NCBI GenBank assembly: GCA_017654855.1
Contig: CM030332.1
Location: 310,001-374,000, forward strand
DNA: 64,000 bases
DNA from: Podospora anserina
Lineage: Eukaryota
Direction of reading: 5' to 3'
Of the stretch, positions 11,406 to 23,173 are shown one piece after another. The first letter of the stretch is position 1. Every line of letters starts with the position of its first letter. The position numbers and the translations under genes were made by a program. The notes beneath the pieces are model-generated. The model searched no databases. It was not told where the DNA came from and was given only the letters and a program-made list of their open reading frames with translations.

Positions 11406-11600
11406 TGTTCGATGTTCCGTTCAAAGTTTAGTCGGGCTACGCCCAACCCCTAATAACCCTAATAACCCTCTTCTACCAGTCTTATAATACCCCTGAAATT
11501 ACCGCCCTGATTACCTTGATAATTCAACAGAACTAGCCAGTGTAAATAACTCCGCAGTATGCAATTCATATAGTGAGTTTTTAAAGCTAAGCTCGTATTG
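11406..11600 (+). mobile_element. Degenerate LTR fragment related to the 8357-8775 solo LTR (boundaries approximate)
   Basis: 11551-11568 TCCGCAGTATGCAATTCA is the exact reverse complement of 8490-8507; context is TpA-rich. Confidence 0.45.
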
Positions 11601-11800
11601 CTCGTGAGGCTGCAAGGAGCCGTTGGGGGCGATGGAGGTGGCCAATGGGAGCGATGTGGGTATAGAATTGATAATATTAAGATTGCTGGACAATTCCGAA
11701 TTCTTTTTGCGAAGCTCAAAGACCTTCCTCCTTCCCGCCCAGAAATCAATATGGAAATCACCAGACCCTACACACTAAGAATAGCAAACCCGCCCGGCCG

Positions 11801-14322
11801 CTATCGTCCACCATCTTCACTCAACAACTCAATTTCTCGAGTCATAGCCTTATACCGGCTATGCTCAATACCAAGCACAGCCTTCAATCCTTCCTGGCAC
11901 CGTATATACAAAGATCTTGCTTCATGCGTTTTGCCCTGTTGAACTTGAAACTTTGCAAAATCTTCCATATTCTCGAGAGAACCAATACTAGGAGTTATAT
12001 TCTCTGCTATTGCCTTTTCATATCCCTGTAGCGCACGCCGATACAAAGTCTCTGCTTCTTGAATCCGGCCCTGATCTCGATAGAGATTACCTAGGTTGTT
12101 AGTAGTAATAAGTGTTGATGGGTGGTCTGGCCCAAGTGCCTTCTCTTTGCCCTGCAGTGCATGCTCATATATAGCCTCTGCCTCCATAAGCCGGCCTTGA
12201 TTCCAATAAACAATACCTAGATTGTTAATAGTATCAAGTGTTGATGGGTGGTCTGGCCCAAGTACCTTCTCTCCGCCCTGCAGTGCACGCTTATACATGG
12301 TGCTGGCCCAAGTGCCTTCTCTTCGCCCTGCAGTGCGCGCTTGTACATGGCCTCTGCCTCTTGAAATAGGGCCATGTTTCTAAACAGGTCGCCTAGTCCT
12401 TTTAAAGTCCACTCTTCTCCTTTAGTAACTGGTGTTCCGTTCAAGATCGTTGTTGAACAAAATGCTGCATGCCCTAGAAGCCGCCGTTGTAGTGTATAGT
12501 ACTTCTGTTCGGTGTTCTTTGGTATCTTTAAGCTTACGTATATTATTGCGAGCTGTGCCAAATCATTGCTCTCTATCTCGTTCAACACGTGTCTCGTCCA
12601 GGCGTGCACACAACTATGCATGCTATACCCACGCGATTCTGTATATTCTGTTGGCGACATATCTGGCTCAGCTAGGCCATAATCATACAAGACACGTATT
12701 ACTTTATTAAATTCGATTATATCGTATGTCATTTCCTAAAATCAGGTTGGTCCTCGTGGTCGGCCTTCTTAAAGCAGCTCTAGCCACAGATCCTTGTGGT
12801 CAAAGTAGGCCCATATTTGCAATAGCATTGCAGATGCTGTGTTTTGCCGCTCAATCTGGGTCTATGAGATATCCCATGTCGAGTAGAGGGCCCGGTCGTA
12901 CGAGAGCAGCGACGGCGTAGTGATGTGCAGACGTCGCTATAACTTCTTATATAACTGAAGATATTCGGCATATGTTATAGGCATATTATGGAGATAAGCC
13001 CCAGCAGTCGAAAGGGTAAGTGGTAGCCCGTCTAGCTCTTGCGTAAACTCGGTAGCAGTAGCGTCTATAAACAATAGTTAGTTAGCTTTCTTAACCCCTC
13101 ATCTGATTTTCATTTACCTCTATGTAGCTCTTATCGTTGCGAGGTGTGGGATAGAATCTCCAGACTATACTCGATGGCTTTCAACTTCTTTAGTGGCACG
13201 TGGGAACCGAGATCGACCCTTAATGCTCGTATTGTGATGGGGATAGCGCTATAGTAAATATCCGGGAAGAATGGGCGTATATTATAACCTGCCGAGGCGG
13301 CTTCTTAATCTCCGTCCAACTCATTCTCCAACATATAATTATTATAATTATCATAGATAATAAGCCAATTGCTATTCCCTGGATTATTAAACCACCGTTT
13401 AACCGCCCGTACAGTCACGTCCAGATCTCGACCCTCTAAAGCCTTCTGAATATAGACAAGGGAGGGATACGCTGACAAGATACGATCGGCTATCCATAAA
13501 TATCCTTATTTTAACGATACCTCGTCTCGAGCATTTACCTAAAAAACTGCAGAATAATCGTTCCGATACTGCTTTGCATAGGCCACGGCGAGCTGTGTCT
13601 TTCCCATACCGCCGAAGCTATATACCACTACTATCCGCCGTTCGGGGCCTTTACCAAGTATGTTGTGTAGTTGAACCAGTTCCTCTCCCCTTCCGACGAA
13701 ATGCGTTACTTGGGTAACTCGAGACAGACTGAAACCGATGCTGAATGTGACATTATTGGAGGCATTTAAATATGCTAATTATAAGTTAATATTTATGATA
13801 AACCGGAAACTGCGGTCTAAGACTACCTACCCTCGTTAGATCTTTTCTCTGCCTCCCAGCGCTGCGGAATCTTCTTGATAGCGTCATTTTCCATGTCCTT
13901 GAGGTGTCTTGATACGGTCTTGTATCTGCTGTCTTCCCTTGATGTGTATTTAACCATGTTGTGATGGTTGGCATGGATTGCGACTGGCTCTGCATTAGTC
14001 TGGCCAGGCACAACGGCTAAAGCACGTGGCACCACCTGTAACCATTAGGTACTGTTGATATACACGGTCAGAAGTAATGATTGATACTACATACCATCAG
14101 AGACTGGCCGAGGGCAGTTGGAGTCTGGTACTCTTCACAGGCGAATTTGGTTATAAGTTGATCGCTGATCAGGCCGTACTGACCCAATTGTTGCTGGAGG
14201 ACAATTAATCGGCACCCTTGAGCTATGGCAGGAACGGTAATCTTTGCGGTGTTGGGGACCTGGACATATCTATGGCAGCTAAAAAGCCTTATTCTTATAG
14301 ACTGAAAATTTGATGCCTCCAT
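11801..14322 (-). pseudogene. RIP-damaged NLR: truncated SesB-like alpha/beta-hydrolase + NB-ARC + TPR repeats
   Basis: VVPRALAVVPG...AIHANHHNMVKY (SesB C-terminus); HFVGRGEEL; P-loop FGGMG-KTQ broken by a 1-bp deletion at ~13602; Walker B WLIIYDNY; MHSCVHAW; TPR units YKRALQGxEKxLGPDHPSTL..NNLG. Many TAA/TAG stops in the NB-ARC region. Confidence 0.88.
12010..12360 (-). repeat. 126-bp TPR-encoding tandem repeats with one internally deleted unit
   Basis: Unit starts at 12348, 12298 and 12172. Spacing of 50 instead of 126 indicates a 76-bp deletion causing a frameshift. Confidence 0.85.
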
Positions 14323-14624
14323 GGCAGACCCAATCTGATGCCATGAGCCAGTATTCCATCTAATGTCCTCTTAGGTCATCTCCCACCCTCGAAGGACACC
14401 GACACGTACCATTTACCGAGTGGCACCATCAATGACACCAACGACTGACACTTCCAGTGCAGAGCCCCACGGTGCTTACCAGGGCACGGCCACAATGAGG
14501 TGCCGTGCGATGGGAAGAATTTTGACAAGTTGATCATGAACAGAGCATGCGGAGGCTAACCCGGAAGATAAACCTAGGGATATGTCTGCAAGGACAGTCG
14601 ACACCCAAACCTCTCAAGCTCTGA

Positions 14625-15662
14625 TCACTTCTGCAAGAAATACACCAGCGCTCCCTCCCTCTGAGCCTGATCTCTCGAGTACTTGACCTGGTGCACCAGT
14701 TTTCCGCCGTTGTCCTTCAAAGAAATGACCCCTCCCTTGTTACCCAACGCCACCCCGGGCACAGCAACTCCCTTCTTGCTCTGCACTGCCAAAGACACTC
14801 CTTCCAAGACATGACTCTGCCCCGACCCATTCTCAATCCTCCAACCCTCCAAGTCCACCGTCGTCACAGAACGATTAAGCAAGTACACCGTCTCCCCATC
14901 TCCCCTGGTAGGCTGCTGGTCCGGTCCATGAGGATTGACCAACGCAGCCTCAATCTTGATCCCATCTCCTACAATCGGCTCCGGCTCTTCCTCATCACTC
15001 TCACCAGGCTGCTTTCCTCCACCCAGCAACTTGGCAAACGTGTCGCCAACCGGCATGCCCTGCTCATCAGTCTTGTACGTCTGCACGGCAAACGCAAGAA
15101 ATATGCCCTCCCAATGACCATCAGGAAAGGCCAGGATGATTCCGCCGTCTTGAAAAATTCCATTGTCCTTCTTCCACTGTCCCGAGTTCCCTTGATTCAT
15201 GTGGATATCATGAATCCCGGTCTTGTCATTGTACGGCTCGCCAAACAGGTAAATGTCCGCCTTTTGTACGACAGCTTGGTTCAGGATTGGGTTGAGATAG
15301 TCGAGGATGTTGTGGCTCGTCCCGGGCGTGTTGTGTGAGAGAAGAATGCCATCTTGGGGGCGGAAGAGGTTCAGGCGGAGGAAGTCAAGGCCCAGGCTGC
15401 CGGTTTCGAGTGTGCCCTTCTGGGGGTGGAAACCCCGTGGGAGGGCCTGGAGGGAGTGGGTAAAGGTTGCTGAGACTGGCTGGAGGTCGCGGATGACCCA
15501 GTAGACGAGACGGGAGTCGGAAGACTTGCTTTCGATGTTGACTGCCGCGTCTAGGCGGGTGGAGGTGGTGTCTGAGAAGGTGATGTGGCCGTGACCGGGC
15601 TTAGCGGTCCCGTCCCACTTGGTGGGGGTGCCTTTCCAGATGCCGTAGCCTTTGAGGGGCAT
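14625..15662 (-). CDS. DUF2278 (YukJ-like) protein with C-terminal lamin-tail (LTD) domain, intronless
   Basis: MPLKGYGIWKG...AAVNIES...GLDFLR...IYLFGEPY...GIHDIHMNQGN...DNGIFQDGG...WEGIFLAF; C-terminal AALVNPHG...ETVYLLN...VDLEGW...LGNKGGVISL. Confidence 0.85.
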   Translation of the reverse strand: MPLKGYGIWKGTPTKWDGTAKPGHGHITFSDTTSTRLDAAVNIESKSSDSRLVYWVIRDLQPVSATFTHSLQALPRGFHPQKGTLETGSLGLDFLRLNLFRPQDGILLSHNTPGTSHNILDYLNPILNQAVVQKADIYLFGEPYNDKTGIHDIHMNQGNSGQWKKDNGIFQDGGIILAFPDGHWEGIFLAFAVQTYKTDEQGMPVGDTFAKLLGGGKQPGESDEEEPEPIVGDGIKIEAALVNPHGPDQQPTRGDGETVYLLNRSVTTVDLEGWRIENGSGQSHVLEGVSLAVQSKKGVAVPGVALGNKGGVISLKDNGGKLVHQVKYSRDQAQREGALVYFLQK

Positions 15663-16249
15663 TTTGGGGTGATAGGTTGGGAAAATAGGTATTGGTTCGA
15701 ATTTGGCGGGCCGTGGAGAGACTTTGGGTCTGGAAGATCTGGATGCGGGCGAGGGGAGAGGGTGAACTGAATCCCGCCCCGTCAGTGCAAGGGCGCAGCT
15801 GCCTCCTTTATACATTTTTTTTGACTGTCATGTACGTCACAAGGCACAATCACATGTGCATGGCGGGAGGGACTCAACCTTCCACCGAATTGAATGGGAA
15901 GGCACATTCGTCTCATCAGCGTGTTATCGGAATTGTTCCTCAGCCCTCTAAGGCGGCGGGGTCTGGACCCTCGCGTTCCGACCACTTGTATCACTTGTAT
16001 CACAATCAATGCAACGCCACATATCAGAAAACACTGGAAAATGTTACCGCGAACTCGGATCCCACACAATACTGTACTTGACCAAGAGCTGATGCTGTAC
16101 CATCCTCCCAAGCCCCCGAACCATGTACCGTCCGTACATACGCTTCCTATACATCTATGGTGCTGCTCAATATCAACCCTCCTGTCTGTGACCAATATAT
16201 CCCCACATCCATATCAATCCGGCCACCGCCCCATCCTCCTTGCCTGGCC

Positions 16250-17417
16250 TTAAGTGAGAATTTCCAGATCAAGAGCTCTTCTTTCGTCCCGAATCAAAAT
16301 CAACCGCTCGGCCAACTCCTCCTTGGTAAGTTCCATCCCAGCTCTAACCCATTTGTCAATGTTCTCAATGACCTTGTCGTTCGTGAGCTCGTCCACATGC
16401 TCGCGCAGCTGCTCGCCCTCCAAGCGCACCCGAGTCATCAAGACAGTCTTGGAGAGTCTTGTCAGGTAGCTGGAATCGATGCTGATGCGCTTGTCATAGC
16501 TGGCCTCGCCGGGGGCAAAATAGTGATGCCTTGTTTGCTGGTGATCGCGGAGGGCTGTCTTGCTGCGGTGCAGGGTGTTGCAGATCTTTTCCGGGTCGCC
16601 GCCGAGAACTGGGAGAGTGCACTTGGGCAGGTCGAGCTCGTCCTCGGAGTTGAGCTTGCGGCAGCTACATGTCCAGCAGGCGTCAGTCCATCCGTGCCGG
16701 GTACCTAGGTATCTAAAAGAAACCACCTACATTTTCTTATGATTGTACATGCTCCTAGCCCCAAGGGCCTTGCCACACCCTTCACAAGTGACTTTGGCTT
16801 TGTTGTTGGCCATGGTTACCGTTTCTTGGTTCTTTGCTGTGTGAGGTGCGTTTTGATCTTTGGGAACTGGCTGTTGATCGTCGGGAAGCGGTGGTTGTTG
16901 ATCGTCAGGAAGTGGTGACAAGCGCAGCCTTTTCTCCTGGCCAACAGTTTGCTGACCCACATATTGTGAATAGGGCGGGTCTTGTTCCAGTTGCTCACCA
17001 TTCACCAGAGCTTGCTGGTAGTGAATATCAAGTCCCAGGTATTGTCGTTGGTCTGAATGGTGTGGTTTCTCCTGGACTTGACCCGCTTGCGAACTCAGGA
17101 GGTGGGTCTCATCTTGAAGAAGTGGGACAAGGCCTTCAATCGGGAAGTGTCGGTAAAACAACAAGTCAGCGGGCGTGGGGTCGATTGGCCCAGCGTTCGG
17201 GGGCGCGACTCCCAAGGCGCCGCAGGGGTCAACAAGAACCAAGGGATACATGTTGTAGAAGAGATCGTAGTCGGGATCACAGTCAGGATCATGGTGAGGA
17301 GGATAGCTAATTCGCAAAACATCAGTATAGGTCTCGAGCTCCAGTCATACTGCAACTAATGTAGCCATCAAGGTCTGCTGATACATACTTGTAATTCTCA
17401 TCTCCACCTGGATTCAT
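16250..17417 (-). CDS. Orphan protein A: two zinc fingers + C-terminal helical domain; exons 17417-17389, 17306-16731, 16664-16250
   Basis: Canonical GT-AG introns with branch sites. Spliced CEGC-x11-HKKIC (C2HC) and C-x12-C...LRDHQQTRH (C2H2-like), followed by a coiled-coil-like tail. Confidence 0.75.
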
Positions 17418-17722
17418 CCTTGGTGGCAGATTGGACTAGACAAAGAGAATGTCAAACTGTTGTATAGGATGAAAAGAATTCAGCGAAGGATTTAAGGTGA
17501 CTTGATATCGCCGGCTGTGAAAGAAGACATTGCCGGCGGCCATCCTAGCCTCGACGTGGGCAAAGTTTGGTGTCAACCAGTGTATCAACACCGAGGGCTA
17601 CCAATTCACAGCACAGTTGCAAACGCACAACAAAACGACACGCCATCTGAAAGCACATTGTTTCTCAACAAACAAACGCATAGCCACCTTTGTCTTTGCC
17701 AATATCTAAAATGACAGCATAA

Positions 17723-18658
17723 TCAGATGCTGGACAGAAACTTGGCAACCCTCTCGGCAAGCCACTTTTGGGCTTCAGAAGAGGATACAACATGATCAGC
17801 ATCAGGAATGAACCCCGAGAGCTCACTTACCACCCCCTTAGGGGCCGCCGTACTCCACCTCTCCAATAACAGCTGCTTGTCGACCGATGCCGGGACCATC
17901 TCATCCTTCTCAGCAGGCAAGATCAACAATGGCTTGTCCACCCTGCCAAATTTGCCTGCGAGGACCTCATCTGAAAGGTCTGAAGCGAAGTTGTCTTCTG
18001 CGCCACTGTAACTTGATCAGCATCTTACACCAAATGATACAGAAAAGAATAAATAAACTTACCCAGTGGCAGCAAAGCTCCACCATCTCGCCGCCGTGAC
18101 TGGCGTTGCAAAAAAAGGAACATGCTCCTTTGGCATGGTAGCACACTCCTTTCCTTGGTCTATCAACTCTTTCGCCACAGCCAAGCTCTCAGCCAGTGCC
18201 TCAGACGACCAGAGGGCGTTGGCAGCCTCTCTGTCCGAGACAGGAGATGTCAAGATGTACCCATCAACACGCGGAGGCTGACTGGAATGGTTGTTGTACT
18301 CGAGGGCACCCTGACATCCAGTGCTAGCGCCCATCAGAACGATCCTTTTAATCTTGAGGTCCTCACGCAGGTAGCGGACGAGGCGTGTGAGGTCCTGGAC
18401 GTCGTTGTCAAGGGAGGAATACCCCCATCCAGAGTAGGAGCTTCGCATACGCAGCTCCCAGATGGAGTACTCAGAAGGGAGAGCGGCCTGCAGATGTGTA
18501 AGATCTGTTGTGTGGGGCCCAGCTGTCAGGCCATGGATGAAGACTAGGGCGTTGGGAGAGGAGAAAGGCTCGGATTCATACGCGGTAAGGCTGGGACTGT
18601 GGGAGCTGTCAGTGGGCTCGGACGCGAGTGGGTGAACGACGACTTTGAAGGGGGCCAT
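17723..18658 (-). CDS. DUF1749/UPF0613 alpha/beta-hydrolase (SidJ-like esterase); intron 18062-18006
   Basis: NALVFIHGL, SSYSGWGYSSLDNDV, IVLMGASTGCQ nucleophile motif, SPVSDREA, EDNFASDL, and a C-terminal ADH. Confidence 0.9.
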
Positions 18659-19497
18659 TGTCAAAACATTCAAAGGGCTATGGTTTGTGATACTCCATGT
18701 ATCCAGGAGACATTCCGAGCGAAGTCTTCGCGAAGCCTATATATCCTCAAAAGCGGTCGTGTAGGAGATTGTCAGATACGAATACGAGTACGACAAAAAA
18801 CCCGAACGCGAGAGAAACGGCCTTGTTAATTATGTCTGCAAGGGCTGCTGGCTGTTATTAGTATTATCCCCAGCACCAGCTGTCCAATTACCTTTTCCTG
18901 GTGGATATCGAAGTTCACCGCGACTCGGGAAAAAGTGGCCATGACTTTATTACAGGTTCTGCACGTGACCAGGCGTGGTCTCATGAGGTGCAGGATTGGC
19001 CAGCCGGGAGGTTGATGTTTGGCGGCAAATTCCGGCTTGCTGATTTTGCGAAGTTTGGATGCAAACGTGACTGACAGGGACAGTTCAAAATTTAAGGTTG
19101 CTTCTGGTTTCCAGGGAAGAGTTTCCGCTCTTTCCACAACTTTACCACACTGGCGCCATGTGGCTGACAGAAGGGGATCAGTAACCCCACACAGGACGAC
19201 TTGTCAACTGCAAACAGGCCCTTGCGCCTTCTTTTCATCAGACCAACCACCCCGACATGATGGTCGTGCAGCTGATCAAAGCTTGGTCATCCTCAGTCCA
19301 TAACTCGACGCTGTTTCGGTAGTCACGCAAGCCAGTACTTCCAACAATGCCATCACACGCTACGCAGGGCGGGAAGCCATTTGGCACCCAGCGTCTATAT
19401 AAGATAGCCAATCAGCATGCCTTGGTAATCCACTTCCCAGCTGTATACATCGCAGGTACCTACCTACCTACCTTACAGTCAACATTTTGTCACCAGT

Positions 19498-22400
19498 ATG
19501 GAGTTACTGCAGACGTCAGTAGGAACCCCGCCCCACTCATACTGGCAGAGCATCTTTCCTGACCTTTCCTAACAGCGATGACCCTTACTAGCGCGGTGGA
19601 CATTGACAAAGGGTCTCTTGGGGCAATGCCTAACCCCTGGCGACATTCAACTCATCCGGGGACTTGATCGGGAGCGTACGGCAGACCGTGCAGTCCTGAG
19701 TAACACCCAGGGTTCATCACTGTCAGAAGAGGGTTTGACTCAAATTTTGCTGCAGTGGACTGAGTCTGCGCTTCACCTCGAGCAGTGAGAGCCAGGAGTC
19801 GATCTTTCTCTCGTCGAGAATCTGGCAAAGCTAGTGCTGCATGTACGCTCGCCCCTATGCTATACTGTTAAGCACCCAAGCACCTAGACTGGTCGCTAAT
19901 AAAAATTGTTAGATCATACGCCACAACTCTCTTGCGGTAGCTACTATTCTCCCAGCACTCCATATATTTTTCGACACACTTGAAGCCTGTCGTAAAAATG
20001 TCAGGAGACGTCACCTGATTAGCCCAGAGATGCGAAGGTCATACCTTCAATGTGTCATCAATGTCGTCAGCTTTCTCAGAGAGGTCCTTGACATATATCA
20101 GGCCGGAATCCTCCCAATCGGTCCAAAGAACGCTTTCCCCCTACAAGTAAGAGTACTGCCAATTTTGGCCAAGAAATGCTGGCATGTTGCGCATCTGATG
20201 GACATTCTGCTTCAGTTGACGGCTCTGAGACACTCCCTGTCAACAAACCAACAAGTCGTATCCACAAGATGCTTATCGAATAACCTCACACCTTTCCGAG
20301 ACGGACCACAGACCTCTGTGGCGCTGTCAGACACAGATGCAAAACTCCCCTGTTTCGTTTTGCCATCCACCAGACCTAGGAACATGTTTGAGATTCCCAG
20401 CGCCATGGAAACGCTGGAGCAACACTTCAGAAAGCCTGACACACTCAAAAAAACCGGCGCAGAACACCTTCGTGCCCTAACAATCACAAATGATGCCACT
20501 GCCAGTGGGAAGAGCATGTTGACCCTTCAGTATGCCGACATGCTTCGTGCCCAAAAAGAGGTGGATGCAATATTCTGGACCCCACACGGTAATGTAGCCG
20601 ATGTTCGCTCTCAAACCTTCGGCACTATGGTGGTTCATCTCTGTCTTCCCGGCGCAAAACCGGGAGACTTCAAAACCAACGGCAGCTTGTTCCTGAACCT
20701 GGTTATCAAATACGGGTAAGTAAGACCTCTCTTTCGTTGTTGGCTAGTTGCTGATATTGAGGCAAAATATGATATGTTAGAGTGCCGCTGGCTAATAGTA
20801 TATGATTATGCGGACAGTGGTGAACTGGAGTACCAGTTTCTTCCCAACAGATGCGGCGGTCATGGACAAATCATCATCACATCAGACTCCCCTTTAACCT
20901 GCTTCACATATACTGACACCATTCTCCACGTTGATTTGAGCGCAGTCTCCTACACAGCCGCCTTTCGAGCTCTGTTGGAACAGAATCGCAATAAAAGCAA
21001 TTTTGACTGGCTGAGTGATGAAAGAATTACAGCACTGGTTGATTTTGTTTGCAGCAAACTGTCGGCTGACTGCAGCCATATCCCAAAGCTTGTCGGTATG
21101 CTCGGCCGGGGCGTTTTCGACATGTCCGACATCGAGAGCCGTTTGGAACACTCCTCGCTTCCTCGCTCCTCTTCTGAAAGTTTGTCAGAAACAGTTTTGG
21201 GGTTGGCGTTTGAGTCCTTGAGTCCACAGTGCCGCACAATCCTAGGGATCATGTCGGTGATAGAACCGACTTGCATACCCAAGGAGCTGTTTGACCCCGT
21301 CTGTCTCGTGGAACGTCATCCATTGCTCAGCATTCAAATGGACGAGAAATGGTAAGAAACGCTATGCAGACATCCCAGATATCTTTAGGGACGAGTTACT
21401 AACACCGGCTCTACCGACAGTCTGCTGGCGTCGTTAGAGAACCTTGTCGCCTGCACGCTGATAGATAGCGATGAGGATCTGCAATGCTTTTGTGTCGACA
21501 ATATGGTTGCCCAAAATATCCTCAAGGGCTTACTAACAACATCGGAAAAGCACACCGCGTTGAGCAATGCAGCAATTTTGCTCTCTATCGCCTTTCCCGA
21601 ATGTCCTAGGGACAGGCGTCTGTACCCAGACCATCAGGATGGCTGTGCAAAATATCTAGAGCATGCCCTGACCCTGCGTTGGTTATTGACGAGAGAGTAT
21701 TTCAACAACAAGGATATGAATGTCGTCACGATGGAAGATTTGTATCGGTTGATAAGCCTCGTCGAACAATGAGCTTCCGTCACTATCTATCTTACTTATC
21801 CTGTCGTACATGACAAAGCTAATCAATCATCAATTGTCTTGGCAAATAGATATGTCTTCAAGATTGGAGCATATAGTACGGTAGACTGGGACGTCGATGC
21901 TTTCCTGCCAATAATCAGGCAGGTACACGATGATAATCTTGGCAATAGACGTCCCCTGGACAGCCTTCAGAGGTCAAAACGATGTGTTACGCCGGCTATG
22001 CGAAACTCGCTCTTGGTGAAACGGATGCGGCGTATCCCCTTTGCGCATCTCATCTCAATCACTTTCATGACTACTCAAAGGCCGAGGGTGAGTGGACAGA
22101 CGACCTGTACCATAGAGCAATTGCGCTCGCGGACATGGCATTGATTTACTCGTCTATCTGCGTGACGCAGCGGGATATCGATAACACGTTGGATTGGTTC
22201 CAAGCGGCGATGGAAACCTACCGGATTGGGTACAAGAGTGCCGAAGACTTGAGACAGAGATGACACTCACTGACGAGGACATCATGACGTGGGCCGAGAA
22301 GGTCGAGACACCTCAACCTTTAATCACAGAGGGTTATCCCTTTTCATCGACAGCAGAGGGGCCAGAGGACGGGCCGTCCGCTGATGAATTAACAACTTCC

Positions 22401-23173
22401 ATGGACCTTGGACAGGACGATTCTTAGATTGGGAGGTTATTGTTGCACAGAACCAGACACGTTCTCACACATGCACAGGAAACGCCAGAGTGAGTCGGTC
22501 ATACAGGGCAAGAGCACACTCGCAAATCCAGATGATGCTGAGGAAGAAGACGACATTCTGCTCGACGAGGCCAGAATGTGGATACAGCAGGCGATGTAGC
22601 AAATCGCCGCTCGCACACCACACGACGGCGTTTTGGTTGCACAGTAAGTCGAGCACCTCCCACGCCATTTGTCTTTTGAATTTTACCAACTCTCTCAACA
22701 GTACACATTTCGCACTTGGTACTATTGATCGCAAGGAACACAAGTATGAACGTGCCACTCGACACTTTCACAAGACAATGAGCTTGTGGCAAGCTTCTGG
22801 ACAGATGGCGAGCCACCCGCTTTACATCTCTTGCATTTATCGTCTTGGATGTTTGGCACTTAATCAGGGAGATGCCAAAACAGCATGGCAAGTAGTTCCA
22901 TTCACCTCCCATTCTTTTCAGGTAGCCTGACCAATGTGTCGCACTCTTATTAGGTCGTACATGGAAGACTATATCGCACGCAGGGGCATCGGGGTGCGGA
23001 GAATTGCTCTCTTGGCTGAACACATGCGTGGCATGTTCAAGGCTGTCCAAGTCATGAGGGAGTTGAGGAAGACGGAGGGAGGGTGGGCACACAAGCACTT
23101 GAGGGAATTCCGCAGCGAGGTGCAGCGGTTCTACAATGTCAGGGGGTTGGATCTTGTGGGGCCCGTTGGATGA
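19498..23173 (+). pseudogene. Degenerate multi-exon NLR-like gene (helical N-terminus, NB-ARC, TPR-like C-terminus)
   Basis: LPCFVLP...degenerate P-loop NDATASGKS, IFW, Walker B WLIVYDYAD, GQIIITS, LSPQCRTILGIMS...IPKELF, TPR-like FALGTIDRKEHKYERA. In-frame TGA at 19786, apparent donor loss at ~21769, frameshift near 22260, TAG at 22597. Confidence 0.72.

Noticed and set aside
11446-11470. CCCTAATAACCCTAATAACCCT resembling telomeric repeat
   Set aside because: 9-bp period, only ~2.5 units, not (CCCTAA)n; lies within a probable LTR relic.
22597-22599. In-frame TAG in NLR2 as an A-to-I editing site
   Set aside because: The gene also has a TGA, a frameshift and a damaged donor that editing cannot repair.
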